From contig JBECKX010000046.1 in NCBI GenBank assembly GCA_040235515.1, positions 1-27,707 on the forward strand: a DNA stretch of 27,707 nt. Reading direction: 5' to 3'. A program made the translations under genes and the position numbers. Source of the DNA: Candidatus Zixiibacteriota bacterium. GTDB taxonomy: Bacteria > Zixibacteria > MSB-5A5 > CAIYYT01. The notes beneath the pieces were generated by a model that had not been told where the DNA came from, made no database searches, and saw only the letters and a program-made list of their open reading frames with translations. Below are positions 8,410 to 16,337 of this stretch, piece after piece; positions within the stretch are counted from its first letter, which is position 1, and each line of letters begins with the position of its first letter.

Positions 8410-8448
8410 ACAGGAACAATCCTCAAGCCAATAAAAGGAACTACTCGA

Positions 8449-8868
8449 ATGGGAATCAGAGAACAGAACCTCGAAACAGCAGGGGCGACTTATCTCACCT
8501 TTGCCGTCAACCAAACCACTGGCAGCGATGACCTGACCGATGCCGACATCGGCAAGGCTGTGTCGCTTGCCGGGGACTACAAAGTTACGCTTGCGTCCGA
8601 TGGCGCACAACTGCTCGGCAAGTTGATCAGTCTCACGCTGACTGATGCCGACAGCGGCAAACGGCAGGCGAATGTCCAGGTTGCCGGTGTGATGACATTG
8701 CCGATCGCTTCGACCTATCCCACACTTGGAAATCGAGTCGTAGGCGCAGCAGGTGGAGCGGTCAAACAGGCACCTGCCCTGGCGGGTGATGACCCGGCGG
8801 GTGGCAACATCGCGCGCGGCACCGTGATCGCCATGAACGGAACCGCGGACTGTACGCTTATTCTTTAG
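8449..8868 (+). CDS. Putative capsid decoration/cement protein, 139 aa
   Basis: Small Gly/Ala/Thr-rich beta protein (DIGKAVSL..D..VTL..DG..L.G, VQVAG) immediately upstream of the major capsid gene; AAGGA RBS. Confidence 0.65.
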   Translation: MGIREQNLETAGATYLTFAVNQTTGSDDLTDADIGKAVSLAGDYKVTLASDGAQLLGKLISLTLTDADSGKRQANVQVAGVMTLPIASTYPTLGNRVVGAAGGAVKQAPALAGDDPAGGNIARGTVIAMNGTADCTLIL

Positions 8869-8886
8869 TCATAGAAAGGGATACCA

Positions 8887-10005
8887 ATGAACAAACTGAT
8901 GGACACCAACCCCGAGACTACCCAGGTGCCGCCCACATTCTGGAAGGCGCTTGTCGCCGAGGATGACAAGCCGATCGCCGGCATCGACCTCACGCGCGCC
9001 CGGGCGATCGACGTCTCCCGGGACACCTACCTCGAAGCGCAGGCACGCGGGCTCAGCTTGTCGGAACTGCTCGAATCGAATGAGTATGATCCTTCTCCGC
9101 TCAACTCGCCCCTCGACGCATTCGAGCGCCAACTGGCTGCTTCCGGAGTTCAGGTAAGTGGCAAGAGCCCGCACAGCGTCGAACTCTTCTTCCGCAAAGC
9201 GCCCGCGCTGGTGCCTGAATTCGTCGCGCGGGAAATCCGCAAGGGGATGGCGATGCGCTCCATGTACAACGGGCTCACTGCTTCAAGCTCCGCTGTTGCC
9301 TCCAACCGCTACTCACCGCTCTACATCGACGTCTCAAGCAACGACACCCGTCTCTCCCTGCGCCCACTGGGTGAGGGTGCGGAAATCCCGCAGGTGGTCG
9401 TGACGGAGCAGCAAAACACGATCACGGTACCTGACTACGGTGTGGCTCTGAAGACTTCTTACAAGACACTGCGGCACAAGACTACCGCACAGTTCAAAGT
9501 GTTGCTGTGGTACATCGGGTTCAGACTGCAGGAGGACAAAGTCGCGATGCTCGCCGATGTCTTGATCAATGGTGACGGCAACGCAAACGCCGCGAGTGTG
9601 GTCACCACCGATGTCAGCGGGACACTCGACTATGATGATCTCGTAAAATTCTGGGCGGAGTTTATGCCGTTCGAGATGAATACCGTCATCTGCTCCAAGA
9701 CGAAATTGCGTGAACTGCTCAACCTGGGTGAGTTCAAAGATCCGCTGGCGGGATTCAAGTTCCAGTCCACCGGCGAGATGGTGTCACCACTCGGAGCAAA
9801 ACTGGTGCGCTGCGACAACGTCGCCGATGATCTGCTGATCGGGTTCGATTCCCGCTTTGCAGCTGAGGAGGTTATCGCTCAGCCGCTGATGGTTGAGTTT
9901 GACAAGATCATCGAACAGAAATTCGAGGAAGCCGTGATCTCCGAGTCTGTCGCGTTCGCCAAGGTTATTCCGGCTGCGACGCTGGTGCTCGACGACAACT
10001 TCTAG
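8887..10005 (+). CDS. Major capsid protein (HK97-fold), 372 aa
   Basis: LDAFERQL, LVPEFVAREI, GEGAEIP (E-loop), YGVALKTSY, backbone helix ending VLINGDGN, and a C-terminal P-domain pattern. Confidence 0.85.
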   Translation: MNKLMDTNPETTQVPPTFWKALVAEDDKPIAGIDLTRARAIDVSRDTYLEAQARGLSLSELLESNEYDPSPLNSPLDAFERQLAASGVQVSGKSPHSVELFFRKAPALVPEFVAREIRKGMAMRSMYNGLTASSSAVASNRYSPLYIDVSSNDTRLSLRPLGEGAEIPQVVVTEQQNTITVPDYGVALKTSYKTLRHKTTAQFKVLLWYIGFRLQEDKVAMLADVLINGDGNANAASVVTTDVSGTLDYDDLVKFWAEFMPFEMNTVICSKTKLRELLNLGEFKDPLAGFKFQSTGEMVSPLGAKLVRCDNVADDLLIGFDSRFAAEEVIAQPLMVEFDKIIEQKFEEAVISESVAFAKVIPAATLVLDDNF

Positions 10006-10030
10006 TCGCTCTGCTGAAAGAAGCAACCCG

Positions 10031-10065
10031 GCCTGCTCGCCCGTACTACCTGCGGGTGGGCAGGC
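10031..10065 (+). promoter_or_regulatory. 15-bp stem-loop after capsid gene without U-tract (mRNA stabiliser/attenuator)
   Basis: GCCTGCTCGCCCGTA ctacc TGCGGGTGGGCAGGC; the G-U pairs favour the plus strand. Confidence 0.6.
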
Positions 10066-10112
10066 ACCACTTCGGTGAGAATCCTCCAGCAACAAATGGG
10101 GAATAGTGATTT

Positions 10113-11534
10113 ATGCAAAACCTGATATCCACTTCCACTGCTTTCTACGGAGCGGGAAACTCCCTCGCTCGCAGGAGCTCCGTCGTTCGCAGCGGTCCGT
10201 ACAGCGGCCGAAAGGTCGTGCTGCTGCAGAGTGATGCAACCACGCTGCAGTTGCGTTACGCCGATCCACCCCACGCGAATTGGTCGGCACCGATCGAGAT
10301 TGCCGATGATCTGTCCGACTTCCCGGTGAGTGGTTGCTGCGACGATGAAGGCAACCTTTACTGCGTCTATACTCAGCAATCAACGTTAAACCTGATTTTC
10401 CGGAAACTGACCTTCGAACTCGGGGCCTGGAGCGTGGGCGATCCGGTCACTATCTATGACGGCGGCGACTGCTATTTTCCGGCAATCGCCCGCGACTCGT
10501 TGCAGCGTTTGCATGTCAGCTACACCTGGTTTAATTCAAGCAGTGGCAACTATCGCGTGCGTTACAAGCGCTCCACGACAGATGGCGCCGTCTGGGGAGG
10601 TGGTGCATCCGACCCCGGCACAGACCTCACCACAGGTTCCGCTGCAGCATACAGTCAACTACTCTATTCCGCCCCGACGCTTTACTGCGTCTACACCGAT
10701 GCCGGCGCAAAACTCGCTCTCCGTGAACTGAGAGATGGTGCGATCTTGTGGGAAGCTGAACAGATCGCACACAGTGGCATCTTCCTGAGTGACCGGTTCA
10801 GCGCCGCCCTCAACGATACCGGCACACTGCTCGGAATAGCATTCGAATCGACCGGAAGACTCTACTACATCGAATATGATGGCCAGAGCTGGAGCGGTCA
10901 GTTTGACATCGCGAGCACTCCCGCCACTCCACCATTGCTGCAATTTTCCGGGGGCGAGCCGAGTTTGTTCTACGGCGTGGCAATTGGTACCGGGCAGGTC
11001 GCAGTCGTATGTCGACGAAAGCAGGGGACCGGGTTCCTGGCGGAAGAGAACCTCGGCGGGGATGTCTCGATCTTTCGCGATGTTGTACTCTATGACGACA
11101 ATGGCACACCGCAGTTTATCTCGCGCCGTGACCAGGCTGGTGATACCGCTACTGCGGATATCGTGCACCCCTCCTCAGGTGCTCTGGTCGCAGACTCTCA
11201 GGACGCGATCTATTTCGGCTGCGACGACCCGTTCGGTTCCATCACGATACTGCTCTCTACCGCCGGCAGTGGAGGAAGCGTTGCGTGGGAGTACTTCAAT
11301 GGCAGCTCCTGGAACGCTTTCGAGCCTCTCTCGGGGGCATATCATTTCGATCAACTCACGCAGGTCGTTCGACTGTGGCAGGACTCGCGGAGAGCACCCT
11401 CCGATTGGCAGCCGTGCGAAATCCACTCCGTCTCGGCGCTGTGGGTCAGGGCACGCGTTACGGCTAGCTTCTCCACACCACCCGTGGGAACGCAAACAAC
11501 ACCGCTGACCGACATCAAGTACCTGAGTGCATAA
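10113..11534 (+). CDS. Putative virion protein: BNR/sialidase-like beta-propeller plus C-terminal jelly-roll domain, 473 aa
   Basis: Repeated blade-like units (LYCVY, LHVSY, YKRSTTDGAVW, YDGQSWS); C-terminal WEYFNGSSW...PSDW...WVRARV; no signal peptide. Confidence 0.55.
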   Translation: MQNLISTSTAFYGAGNSLARRSSVVRSGPYSGRKVVLLQSDATTLQLRYADPPHANWSAPIEIADDLSDFPVSGCCDDEGNLYCVYTQQSTLNLIFRKLTFELGAWSVGDPVTIYDGGDCYFPAIARDSLQRLHVSYTWFNSSSGNYRVRYKRSTTDGAVWGGGASDPGTDLTTGSAAAYSQLLYSAPTLYCVYTDAGAKLALRELRDGAILWEAEQIAHSGIFLSDRFSAALNDTGTLLGIAFESTGRLYYIEYDGQSWSGQFDIASTPATPPLLQFSGGEPSLFYGVAIGTGQVAVVCRRKQGTGFLAEENLGGDVSIFRDVVLYDDNGTPQFISRRDQAGDTATADIVHPSSGALVADSQDAIYFGCDDPFGSITILLSTAGSGGSVAWEYFNGSSWNAFEPLSGAYHFDQLTQVVRLWQDSRRAPSDWQPCEIHSVSALWVRARVTASFSTPPVGTQTTPLTDIKYLSA

Positions 11535-11544
11535 GGAGGATAAA

Positions 11545-12381
11545 GTGCCATTTACCAATATTGACAATATACGGAAGCACCTGGTTGATACCGATGTAAC
11601 CCGGGCCACCTTCAACGATATCCCCCTGCAACTGAGCGGCACCAACCCCGCTGCCTTGCTGCATCAAAACCTGGTGGGAGACTCGGTGGTAGTGAAGGGC
11701 AAGGAGCTCGCCGCCCCGCATTTCGTGAAGCAGGCTCTGGGAGATGAGCCGGCGTTCCTGGGGAAATCTCAACTGATTCCCGATAGCGTTGCAGTTGCGA
11801 GTGATACCTCTCTCGGCACGATATTCACGGAAAACGTTGACTACCAGATTAACCATGGCAGCGGCGAGATCAGCAGGCTTGCCGCCGGAAAGATCTCCGC
11901 AGGCGCAACAGTCGCTATCTGGTTCTATGCTTATTCCATCTATCAGCCCTCGAGTGACTATTTCGTCAACGCCGCCGCCGGAACCATTCGGCGAGCGTCC
12001 GATTCGAAGATCGAGGATGGACAGGTAGTTTTCGTAGACTACAAGACCACAACTTCAAACTTCTCCGACGCGCAGATCGAGGCCGCCATCGTGGAGGCCA
12101 ACGATCGCCTCAAACAGCTGATTGCCGCGGAGCATCATCACTCGGTTGATCAATCACTCATCAGCGCAGAGACCTGCATCGCACTGGCGATTCTGCTCAG
12201 AATTCGTGCTGCTGCGACACTGCAGGAGAACCTGACCGCTCAACCGGGCAGTACCGCACGGGAGTTGCTGGAGCTTGCCGGAGATTACGATCGCAAGGCA
12301 ATCGACATCGCAGCACCGTATGCCGCGCAGCGCTCGACTTTGTTGGGGCCCGTCGGAGTAACCGCAAGGAGTAAGGAATGA
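11545..12381 (+). CDS. Head-tail connector/adaptor-like protein with two inserted beta domains, 278 aa
   Basis: AAGGAGG RBS and GTG 11545. N-terminal MPFTNIDNIRKHL and C-terminal helices SDAQIEAAIVEANDRL resemble gp6/gp15/Mu gp36 connectors; internal duplicated DY..N...G.I.R....KI..G..V motif. Confidence 0.55.
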   Translation: MPFTNIDNIRKHLVDTDVTRATFNDIPLQLSGTNPAALLHQNLVGDSVVVKGKELAAPHFVKQALGDEPAFLGKSQLIPDSVAVASDTSLGTIFTENVDYQINHGSGEISRLAAGKISAGATVAIWFYAYSIYQPSSDYFVNAAAGTIRRASDSKIEDGQVVFVDYKTTTSNFSDAQIEAAIVEANDRLKQLIAAEHHHSVDQSLISAETCIALAILLRIRAAATLQENLTAQPGSTARELLELAGDYDRKAIDIAAPYAAQRSTLLGPVGVTARSKE

Positions 12382-12752
12382 ACCAGACACTCGGCTATCT
12401 GCTCGGAAAGAGGATGTGGTGGATTGGTGGACTCAATGTCTGGGGCGAGCTGGCCGCCACCACGCCGAAATTCTTGATCTCCGAGAGCGACGCGGGCGGG
12501 TTCAGGATTCTCCGGGCGTCGTATTCGCTTGGCGGAATGACCCAGGATGTCCGTTTCGGTGAACTGGTTGATGTCAAGGGCAACCTGCTGCCGTCGATTA
12601 TCAATCGACCTCGCGTTGTCCCAATCAGCAGGGGGGCGACATCTGCAGTGATTCAAGGCGAAGCTCAGGCTGATTCTTTCAGGATTGCAAAGGCGAATGC
12701 GACCAGCGCGCCGGTGCTGGTCGATTTGTTGATCATCGAAATGGGGGAATAA
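12378..12752 (+). CDS. Hypothetical beta-rich protein, 124 aa
   Basis: ATGA overlap with the upstream gene and AGGAG RBS. Confidence 0.65.
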   Translation: MNQTLGYLLGKRMWWIGGLNVWGELAATTPKFLISESDAGGFRILRASYSLGGMTQDVRFGELVDVKGNLLPSIINRPRVVPISRGATSAVIQGEAQADSFRIAKANATSAPVLVDLLIIEMGE

Positions 12753-12753
12753 C

Positions 12754-12915
12754 ATGCTCCACACCAAACTGGTCGGGCTGATCTGTCCATCATGCGGACT
12801 GCTCTTTTTCGCGCAGTCGGATGGCATCGACTACGACTGTCCCGCCTGTAACTGCAAATGCCGCTCCTCGAATCAAACTCTGATCCACGCAGAGTTGGGT
12901 GGGAGAGCTCAATGA
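12754..12915 (+). CDS. Small zinc-ribbon protein, 53 aa (absent from ORF track)
   Basis: MLHTKLVGLICPSCGLLFFAQSDGIDYDCPACNCKCRSSNQTLIHAELGGRAQ. GGGGGA RBS; starts 1 nt after the upstream stop and overlaps the next gene by ATGA. Confidence 0.7.
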   Translation: MLHTKLVGLICPSCGLLFFAQSDGIDYDCPACNCKCRSSNQTLIHAELGGRAQ

Positions 12916-13199
12916 CAAATGAGGAAAAGTTGCGGCGAAAACGCGCGAGCGATCTTGAGCAATTGCAGGAGTTGCAGGACCGCATGATCGAGGAGCTACG
13001 CTCCAAGGAAATGAACCCGAAAGTGGGGGACTTGCTCAAGACACTGGAGCTGAAATTGAAGCTGAAGCTGCCGGCGGATGAGAAAGCGAAGATATGGGAG
13101 TTGATCAACCAGCTAAGAGAGGAGGAGCTATCATCAAGCACGACCGCAGACAAGAAACGTGGCAGGAGTGCCTCGAAGCGACAAAAAAAGTCATCGTGA
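12912..13199 (+). CDS. Charged helical protein with basic tail, 95 aa (possible displaced small terminase)
   Basis: ATG 12912 is coupled to the zinc-ribbon stop, with GGGAG upstream. The function is inference only. Confidence 0.6.
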   Translation: MTNEEKLRRKRASDLEQLQELQDRMIEELRSKEMNPKVGDLLKTLELKLKLKLPADEKAKIWELINQLREEELSSSTTADKKRGRSASKRQKKSS

Positions 13200-14671
13200 C
13201 CGGCTTGTTGCTGTTGACGTTGTCAGCAGCGGCGGCGGCGCAACGGGCAGCGGTCGTCGTCGAGGATATCGCAAACCCCGGCATCGATACATTGCTCTTC
13301 AACTCACTGAGCTACGACCTGGACTACGCTACCCGCTGGCTGACTCCGGACTCAGTTGCCTTATACAACTCGGCCTACTTTGACACGGCATTCGAGGTCG
13401 TCGTATGGTGTGGAAATGAAGTGGCGGGGCCATATCCCTCGGCAGCCGCTGACATCGTGGCAAGCTCGACAACCGGATTCGTGAGTCTGCTGCCGGAGAA
13501 TTGGGACGAGATCAACCTGGGGGTCAATTCCGCCGGTACAGAAGGGCGAACTGCGGAAAACAGCGGCTTCGTCGTCACAATCGACCGTGAGCACTGGATC
13601 ACGCGGGTACTGCAGGACACGGTTTATCTCTGGCTCGGTACCTCGGTACAGATTTATGGCCTGGTTTTTCCCGACACGGCGCATGAGATTCGCCCACTGA
13701 TCATCGACAAAGATAATCTGGGCGATACCGCGAAGGTGCACCTCTGCGCCGCCGATAGTGGCGACATCATTATCAATACGGGCGATGGCAACAACATCGC
13801 CAGGGGACGACGGGTATTCCTCGGCCTCTTTTCGGTCACATCCACAGCGCGCGATTCGTGCCAGTTTTTTACGATCTTCAATCGGTCAATCGCCTGGGCT
13901 GCCGGTGATACACTCAATCCCGGTGTCGCGCAAACTGCCTGCTTTAGTGGCAGAATCGAAGTCGAAGATGCATGGGGGGAGAACTCCTCCGGCTCAGACT
14001 CTCTTGAGAGTTACGGCGGCTGGCCCAATCTCTACACCGGGTTTGATTTTGACCCCAAGATTACATTCATGAGGATCGCTAATGCTGCCCTTGCCCGCAA
14101 AATGCCTGTCGACGGCCTGCAGGTCGAGGATTTTACTATTCGTACCAGAGTCGATGAAGTCCTGAATGGTGATGCCGACTCGCTCTGGGAGTCAACCAAT
14201 GCGATTAAGCTCCTCAAGCGCCACTGGGTTTGTGGGGATGCCACCGGCTCCACGACAAGCAATTTCGTGAGCTGGAGCTATCGTTACATACAGCCGCCCG
14301 ATAGCTTTCCCTGGGCTGCCGGCGGTGCGATGGCGGCCAACGTTGATGTCGTGGACACGCTGCTTGATTCGATCGAACAGAATCGCAGCAACACCTACAG
14401 CGGCGCATTTCTGCATTGGAGTATTCCTGCTCACTTTGCAGAGAGGATGCTCGCAGACACGCTCAACAATCACGGCTGGGTCTGGCACAACATCTGGAAC
14501 AATCAGGTCGGCGAACTCAATGACGCCGAGATCATCTACTACTCGTCGGATGTCGGTTCGGTGCTGAACAGACCAGTAATCACGATCAGATGGTCACCCA
14601 CCCTGCAATCGGAACAAACGCGCCGCCGTCACCCGGTGATCGGAGTCGGCGCATTGGAGGTAAATCAGTGA
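13196..14671 (+). CDS. Exported protein with C-terminal DNRLRE-like domain (start uncertain)
   Basis: GTGA overlap; hydrophobic GLLLLTLSAAAAA; C-terminal NNHGWVW...IYYSSD...NRPVITIRW resembles the ends of DNRLRE domains. Confidence 0.6.
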   Translation: MTGLLLLTLSAAAAAQRAAVVVEDIANPGIDTLLFNSLSYDLDYATRWLTPDSVALYNSAYFDTAFEVVVWCGNEVAGPYPSAAADIVASSTTGFVSLLPENWDEINLGVNSAGTEGRTAENSGFVVTIDREHWITRVLQDTVYLWLGTSVQIYGLVFPDTAHEIRPLIIDKDNLGDTAKVHLCAADSGDIIINTGDGNNIARGRRVFLGLFSVTSTARDSCQFFTIFNRSIAWAAGDTLNPGVAQTACFSGRIEVEDAWGENSSGSDSLESYGGWPNLYTGFDFDPKITFMRIANAALARKMPVDGLQVEDFTIRTRVDEVLNGDADSLWESTNAIKLLKRHWVCGDATGSTTSNFVSWSYRYIQPPDSFPWAAGGAMAANVDVVDTLLDSIEQNRSNTYSGAFLHWSIPAHFAERMLADTLNNHGWVWHNIWNNQVGELNDAEIIYYSSDVGSVLNRPVITIRWSPTLQSEQTRRRHPVIGVGALEVNQ

Positions 14672-15723
14672 AGAAGATCATATTGGCGGCTTTGCTGCTG
14701 ACAAATTCCTGTCTCGCGGCAATTTGGGTATCACCAGCCTATGTGGGGGATGCAGAGCAGGATTCGGTAGTGATATCGTTTTGTGTATTCGACACAACGC
14801 TCTATCCGGTGATTGCCGATGCCGACAGCATAACGGCAATTCGGCTCGGTCCTGACAACACTCTTATTGATTCACTCGACACCAGCAGCTCTCAGTTGCT
14901 CCACCCCCGCACCGGGTGGTACGAAATCCACTATCGCGCTTCTGATCCCGGCGGATCCACCGGAACATATCGCGTGTACGTGCGGGTCAATGTCGGCGGG
15001 GATTGGCGCGGTGCCGCGACTGTTTCCTACACAGTTATCGGGGATGGGGTAGACAACTACCTGGCGCAGCTTGTGACTCAATCTGCAGAGATACGGGACT
15101 CGGTGGGGGTTATCCTGCAACAATTGCCTGACGGCGGGTCGGGTGCGTACCCTTGCACACTCACCACTTTTGACCAGACTAACCAGGTTGCGGTGCCGGG
15201 CGCTGCGGTTACGCTCTACAACTCCGACGAGTCCGCGCTGATCGCCTCCGGAGTCTCCGATAACAACGGTCGTCTCATCCTCGCGCTCGATGCCGACGAC
15301 TATTCGGCATACTCCCGAGCAATGAATTACAACCCGCTTCAACTACCAAAATCGATCAGCACGACATCGGGTGGGAGCAACGACACACTCTTCCTCTCCC
15401 CCTTCGCTCCCGGTGAACCGGCGGATCCCGGTCTGTGTCGCGTTTACGGCTACGTCTACAACTTGCATGGCGCACCCCTGGCTGAGGTAGTCGTCCGGGC
15501 GACACTTGAGACCAACTCTGTCGTTGCAGACGGCGCAGTTATCTCACCTTATGCGGCGAGCACGTCGACAGATACGCTGGGATATTGGTATCTTGATCTG
15601 ATTCCGACTTCACACATGCAACCTGAGCCAGCCACCTACGATTTTTCGATCTACTATCCTGCGGGAACGATTTTTCGGCGGGCAGTAGCGGTACCGGACA
15701 GCAGCAACTACTGGCTGAAGTGA
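14668..15723 (+). CDS. Secreted protein with Ig/carboxypeptidase-regulatory-like beta-sandwich domains, 351 aa
   Basis: GGAGG RBS and GTGA overlap; signal peptide MKKIILAALLLTNSCLA; VPGAAVTLY...SDNNGR and VYGYV...GAPL...TDTLGYW repeats. Confidence 0.7.
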   Translation: MKKIILAALLLTNSCLAAIWVSPAYVGDAEQDSVVISFCVFDTTLYPVIADADSITAIRLGPDNTLIDSLDTSSSQLLHPRTGWYEIHYRASDPGGSTGTYRVYVRVNVGGDWRGAATVSYTVIGDGVDNYLAQLVTQSAEIRDSVGVILQQLPDGGSGAYPCTLTTFDQTNQVAVPGAAVTLYNSDESALIASGVSDNNGRLILALDADDYSAYSRAMNYNPLQLPKSISTTSGGSNDTLFLSPFAPGEPADPGLCRVYGYVYNLHGAPLAEVVVRATLETNSVVADGAVISPYAASTSTDTLGYWYLDLIPTSHMQPEPATYDFSIYYPAGTIFRRAVAVPDSSNYWLK

Positions 15724-15728
15724 TACGA

Positions 15729-16274
15729 CTAGCGGGCGGCAGGCTTCCTGCGCTCGCGCACTACTTTGAGCACATACGAGGCGAACGACAAAGGGACCAT
15801 AGCGACGGCAACATAAAGGAGTATCTGTTGCACCAGGGTGAATGGCGTGACATAGCTCATCACGAGTAATGTCCACGCCAGCGCCGTCAGTTTGCCGAGC
15901 ATGTTTGAGGTTGGGGTGTAGGTGGTCGTTGAGACGAAGAGCACGCCGGCGATAAGGATGATGAGATCACGCCCGATGATGATCGCCGCCGCCCAGATCG
16001 GGAACTCTTTGTAGATAACCAGCGCGACCACCAGGATGGCGATACCGAGTTTGTCAGCGATCGGGTCGAGCAGCTTCCCCAGTTCAGAAATTTGATTGAG
16101 CTTGCGCGCGAGGAAACCATCCAGCACGTCGGTGATGATTCCGACGCAGAGAAGCAGGAAAGCCGCGAGATCGTGATTGTAAGCGATCATGATCGCCGGC
16201 AGCGGTAGCAGCAGCAGGCGAAAAGCGGTGAGCTGGTTCGGGATTAACTTAAGTTCGCGCCAGTCGATCTTCAT
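15729..16274 (-). CDS. pgsA: CDP-alcohol phosphatidyltransferase (PgsA-like)
   Basis: IPNQLTAFR and the signature DxxDGxxARxxxxxxxxGxxxDxxxD (TDVLDGFLARKLNQISELGKLLDPIADK). Confidence 0.88.
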   Translation of the reverse strand: MKIDWRELKLIPNQLTAFRLLLLPLPAIMIAYNHDLAAFLLLCVGIITDVLDGFLARKLNQISELGKLLDPIADKLGIAILVVALVIYKEFPIWAAAIIIGRDLIILIAGVLFVSTTTYTPTSNMLGKLTALAWTLLVMSYVTPFTLVQQILLYVAVAMVPLSFASYVLKVVRERRKPAAR

Positions 16275-16337
16275 AGCGCTGTTAAGAAAGCGCTAGTTCT
16301 ATAATTTGGTCAAGGAAACTCTTCGATTGGTAGTGGT

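Larger units (their letters stand above)
3090..15723 (+). mobile_element. Phage-derived head/packaging gene cluster (GTA-like or cryptic prophage)
   Basis: Co-oriented portal, TerL, protease, decoration, capsid and connector genes, all with intact ORFs. No integrase, replication or tail tube/tape measure gene in the window. Confidence 0.75.

Noticed and set aside
3090..15723. Complete inducible prophage, or an encapsulin locus
   Set aside because: No integrase, att site, replication or tail genes seen; portal plus terminase argues against an encapsulin.
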